Shown piece after piece: positions 39,737 through 49,909 of a DNA stretch of 64,000 nucleotides. How positions within the stretch are numbered: the first letter of the stretch is position 1; each line of letters opens with the position of its first letter. Source of the DNA: a bacterium (GTDB taxonomy: Bacteria; Patescibacteriota; CPR2; UBA1875; JAJYID01); NCBI GenBank assembly GCA_021790235.1, contig JAJYID010000003.1, positions 20,038 through 84,037 of the forward strand, written 5' to 3'. Made by a program: the position numbers and the translations under genes. The notes under the pieces were generated by a model that saw only the letters and a list, made by a program, of their open reading frames with translations, was not told the DNA's origin and did no database searches.

Positions 39737-40009
39737 TTACCACTTCCCTTCCCAGTAGGCCTCTCCTTCTTCTTCCATTTTTTCAAGGCGGGTGTAGTAG
39801 TCGCGTATTTCGTTCAGGTGGGCAAGAGCGATTTTTGCAGTCATTTCAGAATTATCATTTGTGACATTGGTTACTCGATGAGCTGTTCCATGTTCAAGCT
39901 CAACATCTAGCCCCATCCTAAACTGTTCGACATCAAACTTATCCCACTGGACTCCCAGCTCTTCACCTAATTGTTTTGCTTCTTCTGTTGTGAATTCTTT
40001 TTTTGACAC
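39737..40009 (-). CDS. DUF5661-like small protein
   Basis: FRMGLDVELEHG...KIALAHLNE..DYYTRL pattern; GTG start after SD AGGAG. Confidence 0.7.
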   Translation of the reverse strand: MSKKEFTTEEAKQLGEELGVQWDKFDVEQFRMGLDVELEHGTAHRVTNVTNDNSEMTAKIALAHLNEIRDYYTRLEKMEEEGEAYWEGKW

Positions 40010-40290
40010 TTCTATCTCCTGATTAGCAATAAAATTATACAACAGAAAAACCATTAATTAAATAAAAAATGCGGTTTAACACTGAACTGCCTACAGCTTG
40101 TACCAAGCTCGAAATAAATAAAGAAACTTCTCAAGGAATTTATGTAAAAAATGTAAATAATAAAATTTTCGAGAAATCTTTTTCATAATTATCTAAGAAA
40201 TCAGTATACCATTCTTTCAAAAAAATGCCAGACAAACTTGGGTACTCACCTTAGATGCGGCCTCACCAATTTCAACGCCTACCTATTTCC

Positions 40291-41586
40291 TTACTCATAT
40301 CGCAGGGCTTCAGCCGGATCCTTACGGGAAGCTTTGATGGCGGGGAAAAGCCCGAAAACAACACCTACAGCTACTGAGATAGCGATTGCCAAGATAACCG
40401 TCGGCAGGTCAACAACTGCTTGGACGGCGCCGTCTCTGGCGCCAGGGGCAAAGCTCAAGAATCGGCTGGAATAGTTTGAGAGAACCATCCCCAGACCCAA
40501 GCCGATAATCCCGCCGCTTACAGTCAAAATAACTGATTCGATTAAGAATTGGAAAAGAATGTGAGCAGTTTTAGCTCCGACCGCACGTCTGAGGCCGATT
40601 TCGCGAGTTCTTTCGGTAACTGTTACCAGCATAATGTTCATAATACCAATCCCGCCAACCACGAGTGAAATAGCGGCAATCCCCGTCAGTGTTGCCGTGA
40701 AACCACCCATAATAGAAGACATTGTCGACATCAAATCCTTGCTGGTAGTGGTAGATACATCGGCTTTGTCAGCGGAAACCTTGTGAGCGGCGAGAATCGC
40801 ATTTTTAATACTAGCAGCCGTCTCATCAACCGTGTTTTCACTCTTGGCATCGGCAATGACAGAGCTCATCTTATCCTTGCCGTTCAAGGCCAACCAAGAT
40901 TTATATCCTATATAAATATTTTCCGAGGGATCGCCTCCCCGAAACATGCCTTGGGTGTTTGTATCAGGCTGAGTGATGACACCGATAACTGTATAAGGCG
41001 CATCTTTGATATAAATAGTTTGACCGACCACGGTTTTTTCATTTGGGAAAAGGTCGGAAGCGGTTGTACTGCCGATCACAGCTACGTTGTTTGAACCAGC
41101 TACTTGAGCGTCGCTGATAAAACTACCCGTCTGCATGGCCCATGATTTAAGGCTCAAATATTTGCTGTCAATCCCGAAAACCCGGTATTGCGTGGCTTGG
41201 GCGGCATTTGCCTGGGTAGCAACAGCCAGCTGAGTGCTTACCTCCGGCGAAGCTTGGGCAATCTCCGGATTATTTTTAATGGTGTTGTAGTCGGCATCTG
41301 AGAGAGTCTCTGTGTTTGACTGCTGAAAAATGAAACCACCCTCTCCCCTCCGGCCTTTCTGCCTTTGAGCCGTTTGTTTGTTCGGATCAACTGAACTAAT
41401 GGTAATTCTTTTGATTCCCAATGTGCTGACTCTTGACTGAACTGTTTTTTGCAAGCCATTTCCAAGTGCGACCAGCGTTATCACAGCCGCGATGCCGATA
41501 ACAATACCGAGGATAGTCAAAGCACTTCTGCCTTTGTTATGCCAAATGCTTCGCGTGCTCTGCATAATGATTGAACCTATTTTCAC
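40291..41586 (-). CDS. MacB/FtsX-family ABC permease
   Basis: LTILGIVIGIAAV, GGIGIMNIMLVTVTERTREIG and PAEALRYE motifs. Confidence 0.93.
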   Translation of the reverse strand: MKIGSIIMQSTRSIWHNKGRSALTILGIVIGIAAVITLVALGNGLQKTVQSRVSTLGIKRITISSVDPNKQTAQRQKGRRGEGGFIFQQSNTETLSDADYNTIKNNPEIAQASPEVSTQLAVATQANAAQATQYRVFGIDSKYLSLKSWAMQTGSFISDAQVAGSNNVAVIGSTTASDLFPNEKTVVGQTIYIKDAPYTVIGVITQPDTNTQGMFRGGDPSENIYIGYKSWLALNGKDKMSSVIADAKSENTVDETAASIKNAILAAHKVSADKADVSTTTSKDLMSTMSSIMGGFTATLTGIAAISLVVGGIGIMNIMLVTVTERTREIGLRRAVGAKTAHILFQFLIESVILTVSGGIIGLGLGMVLSNYSSRFLSFAPGARDGAVQAVVDLPTVILAIAISVAVGVVFGLFPAIKASRKDPAEALRYE

Positions 41587-42269
41587 TTTTTGCCCCCCTC
41601 TACCCGGCCGTCACGAAGTCTAATAATCTTTTTGGCATAGGCCGCAATGTCTTCCTCGTGAGTTATAAGGACTATTGTAGTACCTTGCCGGTTGATTTCG
41701 GCAAGCAGACCCATAATTTCTTTTGCAGTTGAAGAATCCAGATTCCCAGTCGGTTCATCGGCAAGTAAAATTGACGGGTTCATCATTATAGCTCTTGCAA
41801 TAGCCACCCGTTGTACCTGACCACCGGAGAGCTGATTGGTCCTTGAGCTGATTTTCTCAATCAAGCCAACCTTCTTAATCATCTTAAGCGCCCTCGTCTC
41901 ATCATCGTGGCCCGGATGATAAGTTGTCGGCATGAGCACATTTTGCATCACCGTTGTCCGAGGCAATAGATTAAATTGCTGGAAAACAAACCCGATTTCC
42001 TTGCCTCGAATCTCGGACAGCTTGCCGCCCTTAAGCTTGCGCACATCCTGGTCGTTTAAGTGATATTTCCCTTCAAATGAGGAATCCAGAAGACCAATGA
42101 TATGCATAAGTGTAGACTTCCCCGAACCACTCGCCCCCATAATGGCCAGAAAGTCACCCGATGCAAGAGTCAAGTCTATTCCTCGAAGCGCCCATGTTCC
42201 GGCCCCGCCGTCCTGGCGATATATTTTTCTAATGCCTTTAAGCTCAATGACCGGATTCTTTGTTGTCAT
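41583..42269 (-). CDS. MacB/LolD-type ABC ATP-binding protein
   Basis: GASGSGKST, GFVFQQFNL, LSGGQ and ADEPTGNLD motifs. Confidence 0.93.
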   Translation of the reverse strand: MTTKNPVIELKGIRKIYRQDGGAGTWALRGIDLTLASGDFLAIMGASGSGKSTLMHIIGLLDSSFEGKYHLNDQDVRKLKGGKLSEIRGKEIGFVFQQFNLLPRTTVMQNVLMPTTYHPGHDDETRALKMIKKVGLIEKISSRTNQLSGGQVQRVAIARAIMMNPSILLADEPTGNLDSSTAKEIMGLLAEINRQGTTIVLITHEEDIAAYAKKIIRLRDGRVEGGKK

Positions 42270-42679
42270 TATTGTCCCGTCTTTGATTTTAAATAATTTG
42301 TAAGGGCGTCAGCTTGGGCTTGGGTTATCTGGCTGTTTGAGGCTGCATTACTTATTCTCTGCGAAAACCTGTCGACCAACTGAGATTTAAAATTGTCCGG
42401 AACCCGGCTCAAGAATGTATCGACCGCACTTTGATTCAATGACTTATCGCTATTAAAAAACCTAGATAAATTCATGCCGCCTTGCTGGCTGCCGCCATTT
42501 CTAAACATCATCCCGCCGCCAGAACCGCCGCCAAAAGGTCCACCTGCCTTTTTCTGTAATGCATAATATCCGGTACCAGCAAGCGCGATGACCAAAACAA
42601 TGCTCACGGCAAGCAGTACCTTCGACTTCTTGCGCTCTTTCAAATATAGATCTTCGATTGACTGTTTATCTTTGTCCAC
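42269..42679 (-). CDS. membrane-anchored Gly-rich hypothetical protein
   Basis: One TM segment and a GGGSGGGMM linker; its stop overlaps the ATPase start. Confidence 0.7.
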   Translation of the reverse strand: MDKDKQSIEDLYLKERKKSKVLLAVSIVLVIALAGTGYYALQKKAGGPFGGGSGGGMMFRNGGSQQGGMNLSRFFNSDKSLNQSAVDTFLSRVPDNFKSQLVDRFSQRISNAASNSQITQAQADALTNYLKSKTGQ

Positions 42680-42784
42680 TTTTTGATTTTAATGATGTTA
42701 TTCTGGTCTGCCTGTTCCGGAAAAAAGTGTAGACCGTAACAAAATCCTCAAATTTAATTACTTGTGCAAGTCTAAAGTTTAAAC

Positions 42785-42802
42785 CTGAGAGACGGCTTAG
42801 AA
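42785..42802 (-). promoter_or_regulatory. putative OmpR/PhoB-type tandem-repeat binding site, copy 1
   Basis: TTCTAAGccgtCTCTCAG, 10 nt upstream of -10 TAGACT; 16/18 identical to 45355..45372. Confidence 0.6.
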
Positions 42803-42878
42803 GATTATTTAATAATTTTCCAGTTCACAAGGATTTTTGAAGGATTGTATAGATTTTGAGTTGAGTTTAGTAGGCAAA

Positions 42879-43901
42879 TTATTTAGAAACCGGCAGTTTG
42901 ACTGTAAAAACTGAACCGTTTTTGTTGCTGTCGGCGTGGATGGTGCCGCGGTGAACACCGGTAATTTGCTTGGCGATAGAGAGACCAAGGCCGGTGCCCC
43001 CCTTTGACCGGGAAATATCAGCGCGATAGAAACGGCTGAAGATATGTGGGAGATCGGACTGTTTGATACCGGCGCCTTGATCTGCAACCTTGAAAACCGC
43101 ATGTCCATGCTCCTCGGCGAGTGAAACTGAGACTTTACTTTTCTTTGGCGAATATTTAATAGCATTGTCAAGGAGGATCACGGAAAGTTGGGTGAGACTT
43201 TGGCGGTCGCCCATGACTTTTGCGCCACCGAGATCAAAGGTAAAACTGATATCTCTATTTTTTGCCAGCGCCTTGACCTTTTCATACGACTCCTCAACCA
43301 CTGCCTTGAAGTCAACCTCCACTTTTGGAATCTCTTTGATACCCTGATACTGCGCTAGTGATAGAAGGTTATTCGACAAAGATTCAAGCTTAGAAATCTC
43401 CTCAAGGTTTGATCCGAGCAATTTTTTGGCGTCCTCTAAGTTTAATTGTTTGTCGCGTAAACTGACTTCAATTTCTGTTTTCATAGCCGTTAGCGGAGTG
43501 CGAAGTTCATGCGAAGCGTCGGCGGTAAATCTATTTTGCTTGTCAACCATTTCAGCGATAGGATGAAGCGTCCTTTTGGCTAGAAAGTAACTGGCGCCGC
43601 CGGACAGGAATAAAATCAAGATATTAAAGCCTAAAAGATCGAGCTTCAGGCGGTTTGAGCTGGCTTCCAGCTGTTCCAGACGAGTATTCTCAAAAACCCG
43701 AAATCTTTCGGGACCGATTTGTACACCCATAATCGGCATTCTTTGAATTTGGCGATTTTGCCTGCTAAGGGCTGTATTCAACTCCCGTGCTGAAAACTGG
43801 TAGAGCACCAAGCTGAAGATAATACTGATCGCCATAGCAATAACCACGTAAAATCCGGTTAATTTCCAGATAGCCGACTTAAACTCCACTATCTCCTCCA
43901 A
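42879..43901 (-). CDS. sensor histidine kinase
   Basis: DASHELRTPL H-box, LDNAIKYS, DQGAGI, FYRAD and GTGLGL motifs. Confidence 0.93.
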   Translation of the reverse strand: MEEIVEFKSAIWKLTGFYVVIAMAISIIFSLVLYQFSARELNTALSRQNRQIQRMPIMGVQIGPERFRVFENTRLEQLEASSNRLKLDLLGFNILILFLSGGASYFLAKRTLHPIAEMVDKQNRFTADASHELRTPLTAMKTEIEVSLRDKQLNLEDAKKLLGSNLEEISKLESLSNNLLSLAQYQGIKEIPKVEVDFKAVVEESYEKVKALAKNRDISFTFDLGGAKVMGDRQSLTQLSVILLDNAIKYSPKKSKVSVSLAEEHGHAVFKVADQGAGIKQSDLPHIFSRFYRADISRSKGGTGLGLSIAKQITGVHRGTIHADSNKNGSVFTVKLPVSK

Positions 43902-44562
43902 TCTTGTAGCCGAAACCGCGGATGGTCTTTACAAGGGACGGACCCTTGTAAGGCTTGTCAACTTTGTTTCGAAGATAGCCGACATAAACTTCAACCGTAT
44001 TAGGCAGAATGTCGGCGTCAAAGTCCCAGACGTGCTCGATGATCTGGTCCTTGGTCAAAATGCGCTCGGGATTTCGCATTAAATATTCAAGAAGAGAATA
44101 CTCTTTCGGCGTGAGCATAATGTCGCGGCTGTCCCGGGTGACCCGCTTGGTGATGGTGTCAAGCGTCAGGTCGCCGACAACCAAAATAGTACCGGTTTGT
44201 TCCTGAGGCCGGCGCAGCAGCGCTTTTACTCTAGCCAGCAATTCGTCAAAGGCGAATGGTTTGATTAAATAATCATCGGCACCGGAGTTTAACCCTTCGA
44301 CTCGATCGGAAATCTTGTCTTTAGCGGTCAGCATGAGGACCGGCGTCTCCTTGCCTTCTTTGCGCATCGCATGACAGATTTCGAGACCGTCCATCCCCGG
44401 CAGCATCCGGTCGAGGATTATTAAATCATAAGGAAGAGCGAGGGCCGAGTCCTGTCCATCACGGCCGTCGTACTCCACATCCACGGCATATGACTCTTGC
44501 TCGAGGCCTCTTTTGATCGCGTTTGCAATCTTCTCGTCATCTTCAACAATAAGTATTCTCAT
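43879..44562 (-). CDS. OmpR/PhoB-family response regulator
   Basis: VEDD, LDRMLP, GADDYLIKPF and winged helix TIRGFGY. Confidence 0.95.
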   Translation of the reverse strand: MRILIVEDDEKIANAIKRGLEQESYAVDVEYDGRDGQDSALALPYDLIILDRMLPGMDGLEICHAMRKEGKETPVLMLTAKDKISDRVEGLNSGADDYLIKPFAFDELLARVKALLRRPQEQTGTILVVGDLTLDTITKRVTRDSRDIMLTPKEYSLLEYLMRNPERILTKDQIIEHVWDFDADILPNTVEVYVGYLRNKVDKPYKGPSLVKTIRGFGYKIGGDSGV

Positions 44563-44720
44563 AGTTTAATTTTCCTCCAGTTGAGCCTTTTATTCAACCA
44601 CTACCGGTTGTGTCAGCTGTAAGTTCAACTTGACATAATCCTCAGATGTGAAATCAGGCGCTAACAATCATGACAATACCGGCAAACATTCGGTAAAGGC
44701 GCAATAGAGGTAAAGCTTGA

Positions 44721-45266
44721 TTATAATGAGTTCGTGTTTGTGGTTTGGGTTCGATCAATGACGCGAGTCGCTTGGATAACGCCTTTGGAATCTTGCTCAC
44801 CGGAAACAATTACCTGGTCACCCACTTTCACTTGAGTGCCGGAATTTACCGGAAAACGGGTAGTGTCTGTAATCTGAACCGTTTTGGTTGTGCCGCTAGC
44901 ATCAATTGTAAATTGCTGGCCGTTTACGGCCGTCACTTTACCGCCTACGGCATTACCAATCACAAAGCCGTTTGAGTTTAATCCTCCGCGAAATCTATGT
45001 CCTCTTCCCATCATACCACCGCGAAATCCTCCTCTCATCATGCCATATCCGCCTCGGCCGTAAAACCCACGCTTGCTGAAAGGCCTGCCATTCTTAAAGT
45101 GAACTGCTGCAAAAGCACCAACAATCACGATAAAGACTGCCACCGCGATAAGCGCAACGATTAAGCCTTTCCTACTGCTTGATTTGTCTTGGCCTTGTGA
45201 TTGTTCTCCGGTTCCCGGCTTGGGAATATCTTTAATTGCTTCTTTTGAATTATCTTGTCCTGCCAT
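44721..45266 (-). CDS. membrane-anchored protein with RGG-rich linker and DUF5666-like OB domain
   Basis: TM segment, GRGGYGMMRGG and GKVTAVNG...VKVGDQVIVSG...IQATRV. Confidence 0.7.
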   Translation of the reverse strand: MAGQDNSKEAIKDIPKPGTGEQSQGQDKSSSRKGLIVALIAVAVFIVIVGAFAAVHFKNGRPFSKRGFYGRGGYGMMRGGFRGGMMGRGHRFRGGLNSNGFVIGNAVGGKVTAVNGQQFTIDASGTTKTVQITDTTRFPVNSGTQVKVGDQVIVSGEQDSKGVIQATRVIDRTQTTNTNSL

Positions 45267-45354
45267 AATAAAACTTTCATTTTTTCGAATGAACCGCATC
45301 TGGATGACTCTTCGAATTAATTAATATTTTGCAGCAAAAGAATATAAAATCAGA

Positions 45355-45372
45355 CTGAGAATCGGCTTAGAA
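45355..45372 (-). promoter_or_regulatory. putative OmpR/PhoB-type tandem-repeat binding site, copy 2
   Basis: TTCTAAGccgaTTCTCAG, 10 nt upstream of -10 TATTCT. Confidence 0.6.
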
Positions 45373-45373
45373 T

Positions 45374-45439
45374 AAAAAAACAGCAACGCTTCTTTGCGTT
45401 GCTGTGTGGTGGGTTGTCCTTTGCGAACAACCCACCACA
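45374..45439 (-). terminator. double hairpin terminator after the DapB-like gene
   Basis: TGTGGTGGGTTGT...ACAACCCACCACA abutting CAGCAACGC...GCGTTGCTG-TTTTTTT. Confidence 0.8.
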
Positions 45440-45448
45440 TTTTGAGAT

Positions 45449-46264
45449 CTACCGATACTCATCTAAGACAAGCCTTGTATTACTCGCCATGTAGATCAGT
45501 TTTGGCAGTACCAAATCACGCACACCAACAGCATATGGTATGCGGCCGTTTACCCTTATATCCCAACTGAGAGATTGGTCTTCACCGGATAAGGTCACTC
45601 TGTGATAACCATGACCGGTCAGAAACTCTGCCGGTACTCCCCACTCCTCCATCTGTACTTTCGGATCACGGATGGATTCTATTTCGTCGACCTCTGCACC
45701 GGCAAATTCTAATGCCTCTTTCATTTTAATCGCCGTTGCCGGGACGGATTTTTTACTCGCCTGATGGCTTTCTGCCACATGCGCTTTACACCCACGAAAA
45801 GCATACGGATTTACTTCACCAATACCTTTCAGGTTGTTAATAAAGCTAATGACAGGTATTGCGGCATTCATACACCGCAAGAGATGAAAACGGCGGCCAC
45901 GATTTACCTTGACAAGGTGTTCCAAACCATTCTCAACCTCTTTTGTTTTGTAACCGACTGTACCAAGTTGAAGAGTTGGAATACCATTGGCTGCGAAAAT
46001 GTAAGCGCTATCGAGTTGGGACAGATTTGACGCATCCACGACAACAAAGCCTCCTTCTGCAACGCCTCGCGGATCTTTTTCGAAGTCATCTGCCGTGATG
46101 ATTTGAAACCGGCGGCCAAGAAGATCATGTACCCTGGTTTCTCGTCCAATTGAATAAGGTATCACATTGTAACGTTTGTCCTCTTGGATAACCTTGGCTA
46201 CTACCGGCCCCAGTTTACCGGTGATCCCGCTGACCATTACGTCGGTTGATTCTGCACTAATCAA
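45449..46264 (-). CDS. dihydrodipicolinate reductase (DapB)-like protein, plant/deltaproteobacterial-like type
   Basis: VSGITGKLG Rossmann motif, ESHQASK, IESIRDP..Q...GVP.E.LTGHGYH and VNGRIPYAVG. Confidence 0.7.
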   Translation of the reverse strand: MISAESTDVMVSGITGKLGPVVAKVIQEDKRYNVIPYSIGRETRVHDLLGRRFQIITADDFEKDPRGVAEGGFVVVDASNLSQLDSAYIFAANGIPTLQLGTVGYKTKEVENGLEHLVKVNRGRRFHLLRCMNAAIPVISFINNLKGIGEVNPYAFRGCKAHVAESHQASKKSVPATAIKMKEALEFAGAEVDEIESIRDPKVQMEEWGVPAEFLTGHGYHRVTLSGEDQSLSWDIRVNGRIPYAVGVRDLVLPKLIYMASNTRLVLDEYR

Positions 46265-46636
46265 TCAAACCACATCCTTTCAAATCCCTTTTGGTAATTA
46301 TAACCAATTACGCTTTCCGGACAACTTGTCCATCAAATGAGTTAGTCTTGATAAAGAATAGGTTTCCAGGATTGCCCGAAAATGTCCTTGACTAAGGTGC
46401 CAAAGCAATTCAAGGTTATAGCACTTTAACCTGTTATACCGTGTTTAACTCTTCTGAGTTCCGGAATAGCCTTGAGACATTCAAGAAAGACACATTACCG
46501 GAACTTTACTCTTCAACTCTTCCAGATGCGACTAGACCTCCCATTGCTTTGACTGACAATGGTATGACGAGATCAAAACTATCCAAGATTTCTGCAACTT
46601 TTCCTCAGAGAAATACTTCCGCAGTTTTCTCGCCCA

Positions 46637-46921
46637 TCATTCCTCGCTTTCATTTGGAGTTTGTTCATCATCAGCCATTTGCTGGTCCAGATCATGTAAA
46701 AATTCGTTGTCCTCATCTGTCATACCCGATATGTCATCCGGATCCCATACATTTATCTCATGAAGTTCTTGACCTAACTCCATTAATGACTGAACCATAG
46801 AAGAAAGATGTTCTAAAATACTTTCTAAATAATCTTTGGCAATTCTCAGTAAGAAATAGATGATGATACCTAAAAAAACTATAGCTATAACTATAGCTAA
46901 CACTATTACCTCCCAAAACAT
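46637..46921 (-). CDS. small membrane protein with acidic tail
   Basis: SD GAGGAG, N-terminal TM and D/E-rich C-terminus. Confidence 0.55.
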   Translation of the reverse strand: MFWEVIVLAIVIAIVFLGIIIYFLLRIAKDYLESILEHLSSMVQSLMELGQELHEINVWDPDDISGMTDEDNEFLHDLDQQMADDEQTPNESEE

Positions 46922-47087
46922 TGGGGACTCCTCTCAAGCTACTCGTTTAATAAAAGTGACCGGCTGTATCCTCCGGTTTCAAACGCTAAAGTTATTATAC
47001 CATAAAACTAGTTAAAGTTCAAAATAAGCGTATTGTACAACAACAAATTGAACACTTCTTAAGCTGAAATTAAGAAGGGGGCAAAAT

Positions 47088-47306
47088 ATGAGTATTAATC
47101 AGGAAATAAACTATAAGTTAAGGCCGCCAAAAGGTAAAGAGAAGGATATGCCTTTACCTAAGGATGGTTTCTATGGTTTTAGCTCTGAGTGTGGTAATGA
47201 TCATTCTCGTTTTTGGCACGAGGATTCTCACCTAAACACCTTAGGGATTGCTAAAAAGAATATAAAGCCGGCGTTCAACTCGCCGGCTTTTACTTTGATT
47301 TCTTAA
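47088..47306 (+). CDS. hypothetical small protein
   Basis: SD-like AAGGGGG; its 3' end runs through a terminator hairpin (47263-47290), so it may be a remnant. Confidence 0.35.
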   Translation: MSINQEINYKLRPPKGKEKDMPLPKDGFYGFSSECGNDHSRFWHEDSHLNTLGIAKKNIKPAFNSPAFTLIS

Positions 47307-47342
47307 ATTTAAATTCCATGCTTTGTATACTTGGAGTTTTAA

Positions 47343-48107
47343 TTATAAATATATTTTCAGCTCTATTGGACAATGGTCTGAACCATAAACTTGGCTTAAT
47401 ATTTTAGAATCTTTAACTCTATCTTTAATTGCATCTGACACAATAAAATAATCGATTCGCCAACCAATGTTCCGTTCGCGAACCGTAGGCCTGTTTGACC
47501 ACCATGTATAGTACCCATTGTTTCCCTCAAAAACTCGGAAGGTATCAGTAAATCCAGATTTCAAAAACTCATCAAACCACTGTCTTTCCTGAATAGTAAA
47601 ACCGGCGTTTTTCTCGTTTGATTTCGGATTGGCAAGATCTCTTGGCTCATGGGCTACATTGAAGTCTCCGCCAATTATCACCGGTTTTCTTTTGTCTAAC
47701 GCTTTAACCTGCTTTAGAAATACTTTATTAAACCTCATTTTAAAATCCAAACGAGCCAACTCTCTTCTGGAATGCGGGAAATAAGTGTTTAAGATATAAA
47801 ACTCAGGAAACTCTAACACCATAACTCTGGCTTCAAGGTCAAAAATGCCGACTTCAAGCCCTTTTATAATATCTAACGGCTCAGTTTTTGAATAGACTAT
47901 AAGTCCGGCATAACCTTTTTTCTCCGGCAGAAAGTGGTACATATGATAACCCTTAGGCTTCGGCAGTAAATCTAGGTCGTTTTCTGAAATTTTCACTTCC
48001 TGGAACAAATAAATATCGGCATTTTCCTTTCTAATAAAATCAAAAAGACCACTCTTTGTCGCCGATCGGACACCATTTACATTCCAGCTAACAATCTTCA
48101 TAGTCAC
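47343..48107 (-). CDS. xth: exodeoxyribonuclease III / AP endonuclease
   Basis: SWNVNG, QEVK, GDFNVAH, GWRIDY and SDHCP motifs. Confidence 0.95.
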   Translation of the reverse strand: MTMKIVSWNVNGVRSATKSGLFDFIRKENADIYLFQEVKISENDLDLLPKPKGYHMYHFLPEKKGYAGLIVYSKTEPLDIIKGLEVGIFDLEARVMVLEFPEFYILNTYFPHSRRELARLDFKMRFNKVFLKQVKALDKRKPVIIGGDFNVAHEPRDLANPKSNEKNAGFTIQERQWFDEFLKSGFTDTFRVFEGNNGYYTWWSNRPTVRERNIGWRIDYFIVSDAIKDRVKDSKILSQVYGSDHCPIELKIYL

Positions 48108-48349
48108 ACCTCTTTTTATTATTTTTATGACCTACCTATGTTAGAGCTACAAGCAAACAGGTTAACGATTATATTTTAATGAATAGTTTCCGCCGACCGA
48201 CAGACAGACGAGATAGCAATAAAGGTTAACCAAACACGTTCATATACATCTAATAAAATCCTATGATTTAAAAATGCTTAACCGACTCAAGATAAGCATA
48301 AAAAAATGATAAACAATTATTCTAAATATTCCTTTTTTACTTAGTTAAC

Positions 48350-48667
48350 CTAATTTTCATTTTGATATCTTGGAGAATAGGTCTGCCCCGGAAGCATTAG
48401 GCAGAAATCCATACCTTCTTCTTCTTCAACAACATTAAAAAAGGGGCAATCCAGACAACTGATCTCCTTTTGCGCATAAGTTCCCTGAATTTTGCCGCCA
48501 CAGAAAGTACCTGTCACAGCCCAACAAATCCTTCCGCGATTTGTCCCGCCATTAGTACCATCGCCTTCGCCTGTTTGCGCCGCCGGACAAATACCCAAAT
48601 TACCAACTTCTTTTCCTCCTGGTTCACGTCCACATTTTTTAAATTCCCAACAGTTTTCTTTCTTCAT
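48350..48667 (-). CDS. 'two-CW' Cys-rich domain protein
   Basis: NCWEFKKCGRE...CPA...GRICWAVTGTFC...CLDCPFF. Confidence 0.7.
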   Translation of the reverse strand: MKKENCWEFKKCGREPGGKEVGNLGICPAAQTGEGDGTNGGTNRGRICWAVTGTFCGGKIQGTYAQKEISCLDCPFFNVVEEEEGMDFCLMLPGQTYSPRYQNEN

Positions 48668-48733
48668 CCCGACGCCTTAGTTTATATACCTAACTAATTG
48701 TACAATTCCCAATGTAAAAGTAAAATACTTTTT

Positions 48734-49909
48734 TTAACTGCTGGACCCCAGAGTCACGACAACGGTCTTTTGATTGCCATCCCTTAGGATAGTGAGAGTC
48801 ACTTTGTCACCAGGCGAATATTTCTGTAGGATTGAGGTAATGCTATTATTTTCATCAATAGAATCATTATTAATTTTTAAAATTATATCAGCTTCTTTAA
48901 TCCCGGCTTTGTCAGCGGCGGAACCAGGAACAACACCAGGGTTGTCTCCGCCGTACACAAGCGCTCCTTTATCAGATTTTAAGTTATCGCTTGCTGCCAA
49001 ATCTTTAGTAATAGGAATATAGCGAACACCTAGAACCGGCCTCACAATCTTTCCAGAGGATTCCACCGAAGAAACTTGTTTTTTGATCATGTTAATAGGG
49101 ATAGCAAACCCTATCGACTGACCCTGCTGGTCCATAGCTGTATTAATCCCGATCACTTGTCCACCAATATTTAGCAGCGGTCCGCCTGAGTTTCCGGGGT
49201 TAATCGCCGCATCAGTCTGAATGACATTGTCCAGCGACTCTTGGCTGCTGCCACTCTGGTCTCCGGCTGTAATCACACGACCGATACCGCTTACTACACC
49301 CGTGGTGACTGTATTTTGGTATTGGCCTAAGGCGTTTCCTATTGCAACCACAGTTTGTCCAACCTCAAGCTTATCCGAATCACCAAGCTCCGCCACCGGA
49401 AGATTCGACGCGTTAATTTTTACAAAAGCAAGATCATTTAAAGAATCACGCGCTTTGACTTCTGCAGAATATTTTTTACCATCGCTGGTAAAAACAGTAT
49501 ATTTGGCGTTTGTGTCCGAAACGACATGTTTATTCGTAACAATCAAACCATCTGAGTCGACTATAAAACCCGTACCGGCACTATTTGTCTTTAGAATAGA
49601 CCCAAAAAGTCCCTGGGATGATCCTTCACTTGTGATCGAAACTACTGACGGGCTAACCTTCTTTACTACGTCGATGACTGCCGACTGCTCCTGAACGTTA
49701 TATGTTTTACTGCCTATCGGTGTACCAGAGATTGGGTTACGTAAATTCCCATTTGCAATACTATAACCTAGAAAACCACCCAAAATACCCATAATAAATG
49801 AAGCAGTAATCAACAGAATTGTCTTTTTCTTCCAGTCTAAACCAGATGTTTTCCCCGGTAAATTATTACCTTTATTATAAGTTTCTTCCATTTTCCTCCT
49901 AACTGCCAA
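48734..49909 (-). CDS. htrA: HtrA/DegP-family serine protease with one PDZ domain
   Basis: TNKHVV, DLA and IQTDAAINPGNSGGPL motifs. Confidence 0.93.
   Translation of the reverse strand: MAVRRKMEETYNKGNNLPGKTSGLDWKKKTILLITASFIMGILGGFLGYSIANGNLRNPISGTPIGSKTYNVQEQSAVIDVVKKVSPSVVSITSEGSSQGLFGSILKTNSAGTGFIVDSDGLIVTNKHVVSDTNAKYTVFTSDGKKYSAEVKARDSLNDLAFVKINASNLPVAELGDSDKLEVGQTVVAIGNALGQYQNTVTTGVVSGIGRVITAGDQSGSSQESLDNVIQTDAAINPGNSGGPLLNIGGQVIGINTAMDQQGQSIGFAIPINMIKKQVSSVESSGKIVRPVLGVRYIPITKDLAASDNLKSDKGALVYGGDNPGVVPGSAADKAGIKEADIILKINNDSIDENNSITSILQKYSPGDKVTLTILRDGNQKTVVVTLGSSS

Noticed and set aside
46441..46800. 119-aa plus-strand ORF and possible decayed gene on the minus strand
   Set aside because: It is antisense to a better ORF; the minus-strand fragments have several stops and no recognisable family.
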